Assembly (NCBI RefSeq): GCF_041146345.1 | Contig: NW_027191408.1 | Span: 186,001-250,000, forward strand | DNA: 64,000 nucleotides | Direction: 5' to 3' | Origin: Neodothiora populina | Lineage: Eukaryota | Shown here: positions 24,481-35,887 of the stretch, one piece after another | Position numbering within the stretch: position 1 is the stretch's first letter | How the letters are laid out: every line of letters starts with the position of its first letter | Position numbers and translations under genes: made by a program | The notes under the pieces: model-generated | What the model was told of the DNA's origin: nothing | What the model saw: the letters and a program-made list of their open reading frames with translations, nothing else | Database searches by the model: none

Positions 24481-27352
24481 CTATTCCCAACTGATCCATT
24501 TGCCAGCAATGGTACGCAGGTCGGCTTCCATTGCATCGAGGTCTTCTTCAGCCTTGGCATCAGTGCCGTAGACCTGCACGTCCCTTTGCAACTCTTGCTT
24601 CAACTTGTTGATCTCAATGGCCCGTTTTTGTAATCTCTCCTCCATTTCCTTTCTTTGCATCGCTCTGCGCTCCAGATACTTCAGATCATTCAACCTGACC
24701 GCTTTCTCGAAAACACCGCGCATCCTGGAGGAGTATAGCTGACACGATGATCCGAGACGTCCTTCGCCACACACCTCTTGTGCTTCCCGGTTGAAGCGCA
24801 TAGCTACATCCGAGTCCGCCTCGAATGCAGGTAGCACAACCTCGTCGAAACAATCTTCACAGACCGTCAGAGCAGGGAGCAAAGACGGTATGTAATGCCA
24901 TCGCCCGTCGCGGATCATGTCGTCTCGTGTGCATTCCGGCACCAGACACTTTCGTCGCACAAGTGTAACGAAATCTGTGGCATCGGGCATGCGACAGGCT
25001 CGATAAGCTGGTTCATGCAGTTCGACGAGCGTATCAATATAAAGTGGGAATCTGTTGTTCAGTGCAGGACGCATGCAGCAGGTCCGCTTCAATCCTCCTA
25101 AGTCGTCTCCATACGACCAAGACGCCCGCATGGGTAAGGGTTGCCATAGCTCCTGGAAGCCTGGAAACAAGACCTGCAGCCTTTTGACGTCTGCAGAGCA
25201 TATTGCAAACCCGCGAAGGAAGTGTCCGCTCCTGTTGCGTATCGAATACCAGTTACGCACTGCTGCCTGTGGCCCTGGGCATGCCTCATCCGACCCGTCA
25301 GGAAGGCAGACATTGATCACGGCCTTGACGAGATCGAGGGATGGTATTTCTCTTTGTAATGTCAACAGCCAGGCCAGCCTGACCCATGCATCGGCAAAGT
25401 CACACTTGACCTGAAGTCCTTTGCCTATGAGTGCACGACTCGGGGAACGTCGGAAGTAAGATCGATACAGGGTCTCTCCGAAAACCGTATCAAGGCAACT
25501 GGGACAGATGTCGAAGCCGGGGCAACCATCAAGGGTGTACCAGTCATCGAAGCGACCGCTGTACGCTTGTCTGGGACACGGCGGCAATGCTCTGGCTAAC
25601 GCTTTGAGCTCTGACACGGTCTTGGGCCGTCCGACGGGGTTGAAAATAAAAGGTCGTGGCGACGCTGGCGAGGATGACAAGTCCTGCAAGGCCAAGTTTC
25701 GCGATGGCAAAGGCGGTCGTCTGATGTTAGTGGGTAGGGATGTTGACGACACGCTCCCGTGCGATGACGATGGTCTGCTTGCTTCATAATATGCAGGCTG
25801 CGCAACAGTATCTTGATCCGGATGAACATATTGATGATCCTCTTCGGACGGCATGGATTGAAAAGGTCTGTCGTCTACGGGATACGGCAGAGGAGACGAC
25901 GCTTGCGCAGGGTAGCTCGTTGGTACGCTGCGAGGCGGCTCTGCACGGTCTAGCAACGAGGACGACGAGAGTCGCGACGATTGCTTGGGCGGACGGAATG
26001 CGCCTGCAGCCGTTGCTGCTGCGGTCGATGCGGCGAATGATCCCCACAACGCATCTGCGGTCATGGATGACTTCGAAAGGTGAGGAGACGGCTGTGGCGA
26101 AGACTGTACCGAACTTGTCCGCGATCCAGACCTCGAGGTCGATATGTTTGCGACCGGGCTTCCTTTGAGACGCTCTTCTCTCAGTCGGGGAGACCTTGGG
26201 GGTGAAGGCGGATAGCGACTCGAGGTACGCCTGGGCGAAGACTCGTAAGACTCATGTCTGGAATGACTTCCACTGGCTTCACGGCTATGAGCGGCCGTGG
26301 TGTTTCGAGACGCGGGTCTCCGAAGTCGCTCAGGCAATTCATGTTGCAAGACTCGAGGTGCAGAGGTAGGCTGGCTTCGCGGGACATGTGATGTTGGAGC
26401 ATGACCTTCGGTAGAAGACGAGCGTCTGGCATCCTTACCCGGATGTGAGAACGTGTTTTCCGAGATTCTTCGCGAGGCAAACGGCCTGGGTTGAGCAGTA
26501 TCCTCGTCAGAGCTGGCCCGTTCAGTCCGAGTAAATCCAGAAGTATTTTGGTCAGGCATAGCGTCTCTTGTTGTAGGATGCTGTGACCGGTCAACGGTGG
26601 CGGTTTTGGACCAATCACCTGCAGGGTTCACAGGAGGAACGCTAGCTGAAGCACCCGTAGGTGCGCTCCGAGGAATGTCTGCGAATCTGGTCGGCAGTGA
26701 AGGAGTGATAGTATCTGGTGATAGAAAGAACTCCCCCGAGGATCTGTCCACTTTGTTGGAAGCAGGTTTGGTCCATGCATAGGGAGATGGCTCTCTCATC
26801 ATTTCCGGTAGAGTAGTTGCAAGTTTGGGGGCCTTGCGACGGCCACGCCGTCTTCTTTCGTCATCGCTGGTAGGTGGAGTTGTTGTAGCCTTGGGATCAG
26901 ATGGCATCAGGACAAAGCGACGATCAGGAATAAATTCTGGAACATCCATGATGATGGGGTCCTGATCGATCTCGCCCCGAGACTGAGCCGCATCCTCGCT
27001 GACGGGTTTGTGGGGTCGGAACTCTTTGGCTAGAGCGGCGTCCTCCTCTTCGACCTTCGCTCGGGGGGGCCAAGTTCGTCTCTCGGGGTGACTTGTTTGG
27101 CGACTGTGACTTCTGTGTCGTTGTTGTGTTTGTTTCGTGTATAAGTATCGTGAGTCATGAAAGGCATCATAGGTATCGTGTTCCCGATTTGGTCTGTTGT
27201 CGTCGAGAATGTCAGATTTATGAAGCATTGATTAATATTATTACATTAAAAGATAAGACCGACCTTGCGTCATACCGTGTGTGCTCGTTGGTGTTATCGT
27301 AGTCGTAATGTCGTGGTCGTGAGCGGTCGTTGTAGTGGTCTCGAAACGCCAT
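24481..27352 (-). CDS. Hypothetical protein: long Ser/Arg/Pro-rich N-terminus, C-terminal Cys-rich modules and coiled coil
   Basis: 915-aa ORF, extended by an upstream exon (ATG 27352, MAFRDHYNDRSRP...) via intron ~27195-27263 (GTCGGT..CTGAC..CAG). Confidence 0.8.
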
Positions 27353-29537
27353 GAAGTCGTTGCTTTACATGAATCAAATGAAAAGGAAGTCTACAGGTGG
27401 GCAAGACAAGACAAGAAAAGAAAAGAGGACGGCAAGAAGGTATGCAGGTGAAAGTAAAGGAAAGTGCACGAAGACAACCTGGCAACAATAATACCCAAGG
27501 TATTCATTAGAGGATGCCCTTTCCCCCCACATGCATGTTTGGGGGGAGTGCGCTACACACGCGGGCTCGGCGATGTGGTTGCCGGCACTGTTCTGCTGAT
27601 CTCTTTCTCAGTGGCCAGTACTGTACCGATTTTGACTTGACCTTTTGACTGCCACCAGCGTTTGCGCAATACGACAAGGAAGCGAGTACAAACGATCCTG
27701 CATTCCCTCTGTTTAGACCGAGCTGCTAAACGTACGACGTGCATGAAGTGAAGATTGGGCTCGCTGGTCACTGCTGCTTGCGGGAAGCTGTGCTTGCCGG
27801 CCCTAGCGATGGCGTCTTCTCTACCACCGCCGCACCCGCTCTATTTTTGCTTTGCTACCAGTGACATTGAAACTTTCACCAGCTCCCGTGGGTCATGACC
27901 TTTTACCTGTCGCTTTTCTGGCTTGACACCTCATACTAGACGGAAGAATCCACGGCACAGAATCCTACCCCTGATCTTGTAGCCTGACGTGCATGTTTCA
28001 GTGGGGACGGGCCGTTTCCCCTTACGTACAGTGTACTGAATGTACTGTACTCTGCAGCAAAAGAACACACGAGGTAAGGTATTATGTCTTTGCTGTAACA
28101 ATCTCGCGGCAGGCAAGGTGAGATGTTGCACATGAGGAGGCTTGTGGTTCAATGCATGTGCTTCTTGCTATTGCAGGTAATCACGCCAGTGGCGCCGATA
28201 CAATATTCGGCAACAAGGTCTTCGTAAGTTCTGTACGACCACACAAAGCTTTGCTGGCTCCGTGGGAGTGGCCCGAGACCCTCACCGGTCAGTCCAGTAC
28301 TCCAGTACTCTATCGTACCTGCACTTATACGGAGTCAATAATCGGATATCGGCAGACTCGTCTGGAAAGCGGCTGCACTTCCGGTAAATAAACAGATCGC
28401 AATTATGCAGTGAGCAAGACAAAAGCAACGACTACCTGCCGCATCGTACTGCACTTTCCTGCATCTCTGCGGGTACATGAAGTAAGATTTTGTGGCTGCG
28501 ACTTGCACTGCTGCGGTGATCCCGACGGGTAAGCCATCATCCGTAATGTGTTGCGACCGGCCTATCGTTGCTCTAGCACTGCCGAAGGAACGACGATATG
28601 CAATACCAATTCGACATCTGGACATTCACCCAATGGCCAAAAGATGAATGCGTATGCAATAGTAGCTAATGGGAACGTACTGTACCGTTGAAAGTACGTG
28701 GCGCACGAGTGGTTCTTCACCTCCTCTCACCGTCTTTATCAGCTGACCGCCGTCCTTTCTGTACCGTGTATCACTGCATCCGATTGCAGGATGCATCGCA
28801 AACGTGCTCCGTAAGTACAAGGTCATCAAGTGATCGCGTCCAGCTTATCGAGGCAATGTGATGATAACAGACCGTCCAACAGGAAAGAACAGTAGTCGAA
28901 CTAGTCAATCGATCTACCAACAGACATGAAGTTGCTGGCTTTGCGGTATGGCATATTGATCCACACATGGACATCAATATCTGAGAGTAAAATAGCATCC
29001 AGGCAAACATGCTCCATCATGCATGCGTTTGCCGCACCTGGAAGCCAGACGAGCGGCCGATCTCACAACATAGTATCGCTGATCGACAGAGTGAATATAC
29101 AAATCTTTAGGACATTCCAACAGAGAGCATGAAAGTCACTGCAGCCAAAGTAAGAACGCAGAAGTCGGGTGACCAGGACTGTTTCCCAGGGTCGTCCTGT
29201 GAAAGTACGACATGTCTGCCCAACACACTCTCTTCGTCGATAGGTGAGACCTCCTGATCTTGCCATCTCTGGACGAAAGTAAGCACAAGGCGATATGGAA
29301 GCAATAGCGGGAGGCGTCTGCATATCTCGATCACAGCGGCGATACATCGATGAAGGCAGGCAAGGTGGGCGACGAGACTTGGATCGTCTGCATTATGAAA
29401 AATATTGCTGCTACTTATTCTCCAAGACATCAACAATCGTACGCCATGACTGGATGCCAGCGTTGCACTCGAAAAGGGACAATTCTGGAAGCTGTATAAG
29501 GCAATATCCAGGATCCAATGTGGCTATGAAGTACGCA

Positions 29538-30726
29538 TTACCACGGGTATTGCTGATTGCACAGGGGTCAGTGACATCTAGGTACGTACGAACTTGCAAA
29601 GGCTTACTTTGTTTTCCCAAGTCCAGAATGTTCCGCTATGCTGGATGCCCTTGCTTTGGATGACCTTGATCAACGCGGTCACCGATTCCTCTGGTGAGAT
29701 GATACCCTCCACTTGCCACGCAGTCTCGATCGCCCCCATATCGCTGCACCAATTAGCTTCGTTGCAATGAGGGACCGGTATAGCTCACGTCGCAACTTCG
29801 CCCGGATGTAGTGCAAGTATGATCGTATCATCATCTTTCCGCTTCAGCTCGGCTGCCATGTGACGAAGTGCTTGGTTCAGGGCTGCCTTGGATGCCGCGT
29901 AGGCTGCAAACCTGGTTGATTGGCCGATTAGTACGGCAACACATAATCTGCACTTTTGTCATACCCGTCTTCCATCTCACGGAAGCTCTGGGCAGAGCCA
30001 GAGTCGCTAGACATGAAGGCAATCGTGCCGATGGGTATCATGGTTTGGAGCAGTCGTTGAGCACATATGATGGGTCCTATTGTGTTCGTATGCAGATGGA
30101 AGGCAAATTCCTCGAAAGAACTGATATCACTGATTAGTCGATGTTGAGACGGGATATCCACAACTGTGGTGAACTCTTACAATTCTGTTGCTCTCTGTAA
30201 ATTGTTCATTAGAGCATGCTGCAGTATTTCCAAATGGTACCACTCACGTTAGGATACTTCAATACACCCGCATTAATTACACAATAGTCGATCTTCAGAT
30301 TCGGGATCGCTGTGAGTTGTATAACAAAGTTCTTTAGTGGATTACATTAGTATAGTTACTGCACAAAGAGTCCCGAGACTCAGGAAGTATGTAGAGATAG
30401 AGAGGAAAGGAAGAGAGGAATTAGGTACATTGATGCTCTGCTCTGAGAGCACATCGCTATCGAGGGTTACTACTGAGCTCAACCACAATCTGTTCTGACA
30501 AATAACGATACCATATCAGCATCTGACAGCGACCATGATCTCCGCCGACCTGTGACCACAGACTGGACGCATGGGCAGCATTTGTGTCTCGAACGGTAGC
30601 AAAGATACGCTCTTCGCGTATCAGGAGTTGTCGAACGAATTCAAGTCCTATGCCCCGGCTCGCTCCAATAATGACCCAGGTTTTCCTTTCTTTGTTCCCA
30701 TACAATACCTCAGGTATTTGGTTCAT
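29538..30726 (-). CDS. Short-chain dehydrogenase/reductase (CsgA/C-factor-like), 8 exons
   Basis: GASRGIG Rossmann motif, INAGV, YAASK catalytic motif, LHPGEVATDM and terminal QYPW*, assembled across 7 GT-AG introns. Confidence 0.88.
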
Positions 30727-31243
30727 TGTACGGAGTACTCGAGACGGTTCGACAAAAGTTTATCCGAAGTAAGTACTGCGCAGGCCGAGCACTGTGCTTT
30801 GTAGTACAGTACAGTGTCTCTCGTTCTCTCTCTCTCTCTCCCTCACGAAATCCCCGACGGTCGAGCTTGCGGCCATTTAGCCGGGAAATACATTGCTTCC
30901 AAGACAAGTACTTTTGTAGCAATCGTATCCAGATCTCTCACGTGGCGACTACTTATGATTTGATGCAATGCAGTTTTATTATCTTCAGGTTCCCATGTAC
31001 AGCAAATGGTCCTGCAGCGATAATGCACGAGCTCACTTCCGGTTTGCGCATTCGCAAGTCATGTAAATGTTCGAGTCTTGGTTTATGTCGAACACGAAAG
31101 TCTTGTAATAACGGTGGTGTAAGGACCAACTCGTGTGTTTACGCCAGCACCACGGGTTTTCGCCATACCGTCGTCACAGAGATGTCCGAAACAGCTAGCG
31201 CCGTAATCCAGCCGCAGTAGACGGAGTGTCAAAGCTTGCTATT

Positions 31244-31256
31244 CCGGTCTTTGCCG
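31244..31256. promoter_or_regulatory. Candidate AcuK/AcuM site CCG-N7-CCG
   Basis: CCGgtctttgCCG ~200 bp upstream of the cytochrome c ATG. Confidence 0.45.
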
Positions 31257-31266
31257 CAGACTTATA

Positions 31267-31286
31267 ATTCAGGCCGGTCTGATTGG
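31267..31286 (-). promoter_or_regulatory. Candidate CBC:HapX bipartite site CSAAT-N12-RWT
   Basis: Minus strand reads CCAAT-cagaccggcctg-AAT, in the cytochrome c promoter. Confidence 0.6.
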
Positions 31287-31458
31287 TCGAGGCCAAGGTG
31301 TCGGTCTCGAAGACCCGTCGCTTTAAGTCATTCGCCGTCCAGAGCCAACTTTTTCTCTTTCCATCTTTCAACATTCTCAGCCTCTTGACCATCCTCTCGC
31401 TCTCAACCAATTCAACCTCATATCACTACTCCACATACCTCTTTAATCTACAGACATA

Positions 31459-32095
31459 ATGGGTTTCGCTGACGGTAAGCCACCTTGTTCCTTGTCCCAG
31501 ATCATGGAGTCCACGGAGCACCAGATTCTTCTCTCGAAACAGGAGGTGGCGCATCGTCAACAAACAATTTCCAGAGGTGTTAGAGAACTCTGCAGAGCCA
31601 TCTAGCATTGTGCGCGTCTTCATGCACGATCCTGAGCAGTTTGAGACGCCTCTGCCTTCATCTCGAGCACCCATTGATCGCGGACACGAATAAAAAAGCA
31701 AACCAGAATACTGATTGTGATGTTGACAGGTGACGCAAAGAAGGGTGCCAACCTCTTCAAGACCCGTTGCGCACAATGCCACAACCTCAAGGAGGGTGAG
31801 GGCAACAAGATCGGCCCCAACCTTCATGGTCTCTTCGGCCGCCACACCGGTGCCGTCGAGGGCTTCGCTTACTCCGATGCCAACAAGCAGAAGGGTATTG
31901 AGTGGAACCAGGATACTCTTGTAAGTTTCATTCGTCTGTGTATGTAGAGCTCATTACAATGCTGACAAGTGACAGTTCGAGTACCTCGAGAACCCCAAGA
32001 AGTACATTCCCGGCACCAAGATGGCCTTCGGTGGCCTCAAGAAGCCCAAGGACAGGAACGACCTCATCACCTTCCTCCGCGACGAGACCAAGTAA
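31459..32095 (+). CDS. CYC1: Cytochrome c
   Basis: Exons 31459-31474, 31730-31920 and 31976-32095. Reads [23 protein letters not shown]...[10 protein letters not shown]...[23 protein letters not shown]. Confidence 0.98.
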
Positions 32096-33112
32096 ACGAC
32101 TCATACCCACTTTCTCCTGTAATATTATTTTCCTCTTAGACGCAAAAAAAGATCATTAGATTTGGTTGGCGGCGATGTGAGCATGGCGGACAAATTGGGT
32201 CCTTTTTCTGTCTTAACTACCGCTTAGTGTACGATGTTCGCTCGATGCGAAAGACCTACATAATTCACATCTTCTCTCTCACCTGGTTCTCTGTCCTTTT
32301 GGTCTCTGACATTCGTCGGTTTCATTGTTTGCCCATGGAGCCAAGTCCGAGCGGACCCTTAAAATTTGTTTGTGTGTAAGGTACCTCACCTTGCCCAGGT
32401 ACTACAATGTGCAAGAGTCTCCTTACTAACCATCGACATCTATTGCCAGATTCCGGCTACATTTTGATAGTGGGAAGCCACCCGGGTCTTATGATTCCTG
32501 GCTCAGTGCATTACGGCTCAATCGTCTCACCTACATTTGACATGTCGGACCCTTCTTCATATGTCCGTGGTTCCGTTCACCTGGGTTCAACTGAAGCTGC
32601 GGCTCATATGCAGCTTCCCAGTTTACGCAGATGCACTTTCCACGACCTCGCGCCGATATGAGCATGTTGAACCAAGCACGTCTGCAAACTTTACTACGCC
32701 TGTCCTTTGGACCCTGGGGTATCTTGAATTCATTTCCATTTCAGGTCACTCCATTATTCATGTATCGAAGCAAGTGTGCTGTCTGACAAGGGGTCCTTTA
32801 GCAGTGTGACAAAAGGGTTGCCACTGTCCCCCCTTCTTTGCTCCCTTCCACCTTGACTGCTTTGATCATCGATCAATACAAAGTGTGACGAGCAGCAGAA
32901 CGGTTACCGTCATCAAAAGGTCACCGATCTGTTGACGATTCGAGACCAAGGTTAGCACGAACTACCTGCCTTACGTCAACGACGCAGAGTGAAGTAAGTT
33001 ATAGTACCTGATGACGTCCAGCCTGCGAAGCGTGCTCAAGCTCCTTCAAGAGCCAAGGTACTTTATGATGTTGATAGTGGTAATGACTTTTATCTACTGT
33101 AGGTCGTTCATC

Positions 33113-34084
33113 ATGACGAAATCAATCTATCAATCCAAGGGTGACGTTGGCACGGCTAAGTACAGGTACGCCGCTATTTCGACACGGCCCTGAGGAGTAT
33201 ACGCTAATACCACATGAAGAGGAGAGAAGCACAAGCTCCCGGATAGGTACATGATCGCGCGGCTGAGAAGCAATTGACACTGCTTACTGACTAGCACCAG
33301 GCTTCCATGCGCCGAAGATGGAGCTCTGAAGCCCCAAACGGCTTTCTCAAGCAGTCGTCTCAGGGTTGTCCAGAGTTGCGGAATGGATAGCGCAGAGGCA
33401 ATGGAGCAACTCATCTGCCTTGAGCACACCGGAGCGCCTCCTACCGAGCTTTTGTGCAATGGACCATGCGGACTTACGAAGAGTTTGAATGCGTTCAGCA
33501 GGACTCAGCGCACCCAGCCGGATCTTGCGGTTAGGAACTTGTCCTCTCGTGATACAAAGCAAATGCTGATTTCGTGTTCAGATCTGCCAGCGCTGCATGT
33601 ATTTCCGCGAGCAATCGATGCCTGGTCACATCAGGGATGGAACCGAGGAGGAAGAGGATGAGCAGGAAGAGGAATCGCAGGCACTCGTCGGTCATGGTTC
33701 CGCCTTCGCGGACTCTTACAGAACCGACTGTTCTTCCGTGGCATCTACTTTCGGCGACGCAGGTGATGTCAACTATGAGCGCACGGCCCTTGGACCACTA
33801 TCGACCAGGAGCGGCCGCTTTCCAGCTTTTAATGGCACCGGCTCCGCCTTGCAGTCATATGGTCTGCCGAGCGTGTCCAACAGATCTATCAGTGACAGAG
33901 GATCTCGTGGGTCCACCGCGTCCGGTCCATGGGCCAGGATCCGCGCCGTAAGTAAGAGTTGCATCGAAGTGATGTTGTGAGATGCTAATGACTACAGGCT
34001 CCTCGTTTGCCTCCACCAGTTCCCGAAGATGCCGACTACGACGTCGAGTGTGCTTCTGATGAAGACCAGGACTGGGAGATGTGA
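33113..34084 (+). CDS. Stc1-domain (tandem zinc finger) protein
   Basis: Spliced product LPDRLPCAEDGALKPQTAFSSSRL...ICLEHTGAPPTELLCNGPCGLTKSLNAFSRTQR...ICQRC, followed by an acidic/Ser-rich tail. Four introns (~33166-33218, 33247-33300, 33530-33581, 33948-33997). Confidence 0.7.
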
Positions 34085-34597
34085 TTTCGGCAGAGATCAT
34101 GCGGAGACATCTGGCACCGTCTCATGTTGCACGATATTATTCACCGGTGCTGGGATTTGAGATCAGTAATCATCAAATGTGCTTTACGGTCGACAGGCAG
34201 TGGGGAACGTGAAATGGAATATCCTCGGTCAGATACTTGGGGGATAGTGATTTTTATTGTTTCATGTGCCACTCTGACATAAGGAGGAGAGTTCACGATA
34301 GACACTAGGAATGCAAAAGCCAATGATACAAAATCATTCGAAATCAATGTTCATGCTTTCTATATATCGCTGGTGTTGGAGAGACGGCATCGGAGGCCTA
34401 TGACCTTGAGAAGGCGAATGATTCGTCGGAGTTACGTCATCGTATATCCGAGCTCGAATTGATTTCGAAGCAGAAGCAGAAACATCTAAAGACAAAGAAA
34501 TGATCCAACATTGATACCATTTCACCTACCAATAATACCACCACATTCATCCCTGTAATCGACTCCAACACCGACCTACATCGACATACACACCACA

Positions 34598-35664
34598 ATG
34601 GCAACAGTACCGATGCAATACCAAGCCGTCTGCAGATCAGCTCTGCGCGCAGTGGCGCCAAAGGCCGCCCGGTCCTCCTCTAGACTTGCCACAGCGACAT
34701 ACGGTGCAGCGGCGCAACGGAGCCTGTACCACACAGCACCATCATCCATCACTTCGTCAAGGAGCAGTCGCCGACCGAACCTTAGTCACTACGAACAGCC
34801 AGTTGCTCTGTCGGCCGTGGGCAATGCACGCAGGGCTATCTTCATTCAGACCGAGGATACACCCAATGCAGATGTATGTAGCTATCCATGTTCCAGTCGT
34901 GCCATGGCGGAAACAAGGAGGCCAAGGGGGGACAATCACTGACGAGAGCAACGAAAAACCAGGCATTGAAATTCCGACCCAACCATCCCATTCTGCCACC
35001 AGGCTTCTCCTCTCCCTTCATCGAATACCTCTCTCCACGCTCGACAGTCGCACCTCCCAACCCCTCACCTCTCGCCGCCCAACTACTGAGCGTCGACGGC
35101 GTGACCTCGGTCTTCTACGGCCAAGACTACATCACCATATCCAAAGACTCCTCAGTGCCGTGGGCGCACGTGAAACCCGAAGTCTTTTCCCTCATCACCG
35201 AAGCCGTGACATCAGGCCAACCTATCGTCAACGCGTCCGAGTCCTCGGGCAAAGTCACCGACGAAAACGGCGACGTCACCGAAGAGCAGGACAGTCTGGC
35301 CTACAACGAAGACGACTCGGAAGTCGTGTCCATGATCAAAGAACTGCTCGAGACGCGCATCCGCCCCGCCATCCAAGAAGACGGCGGCGACATCGAGTTC
35401 CGCGGCTTCGTCGACGGCCAGGTCCTGCTCAAGCTCCGTGGCGCTTGCAGGACCTGCGACTCGAGCACCGTCACGCTGAAGAACGGCATCGAGAGCATGC
35501 TGATGCATTATATCGACGAGGTCGTCGGCGTGCAGCAGGTCATGGATCAGGAGGAGGAGGTCGCGCTGCAGGAGTTTGCCAAGTTCGAGGAGAAGCTGAG
35601 ACAGCAGAAGGGCGCCGCGCCTCCGAGTACTGTCGGCAAGGGGTCGTTGGATACCGTTGAGTAG
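34598..35664 (+). CDS. NFU1: Mitochondrial Fe-S cluster carrier NFU1 (NifU-like)
   Basis: Arg/Ser/Ala-rich presequence; IFIQTEDTPNAD|ALKF across intron ~34874-34962; IRPAIQEDGGDIEF and LRGACRTCDSSTVTLKNGIE (CxxC). Confidence 0.95.
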
Positions 35665-35887
35665 AAGAGGACGAGAGAGAGATACCAGAATTACCGCCTT
35701 CGTTATACCGCAGATCGCACATGGATGCCATACTCTTTAAATCCCGCAAGGAATCAAAAACCAGTGATTGCGTGAAAGTCAACCTCGAAGAGCTTTGAAT
35801 ATATACAAGATATACACACACACATGACACACTCAACAAGCCACAAGACCCCGTAATCACCCTCTTCTTTCCGCGTTTCTCCAGCAA

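Noticed and set aside
31459..35664. Iron-protein gene cluster (cytochrome c + NFU1)
   Set aside because: Only two genes, separated by an unrelated one; no HapX-type motif found before NFU1; chance proximity is sufficient.
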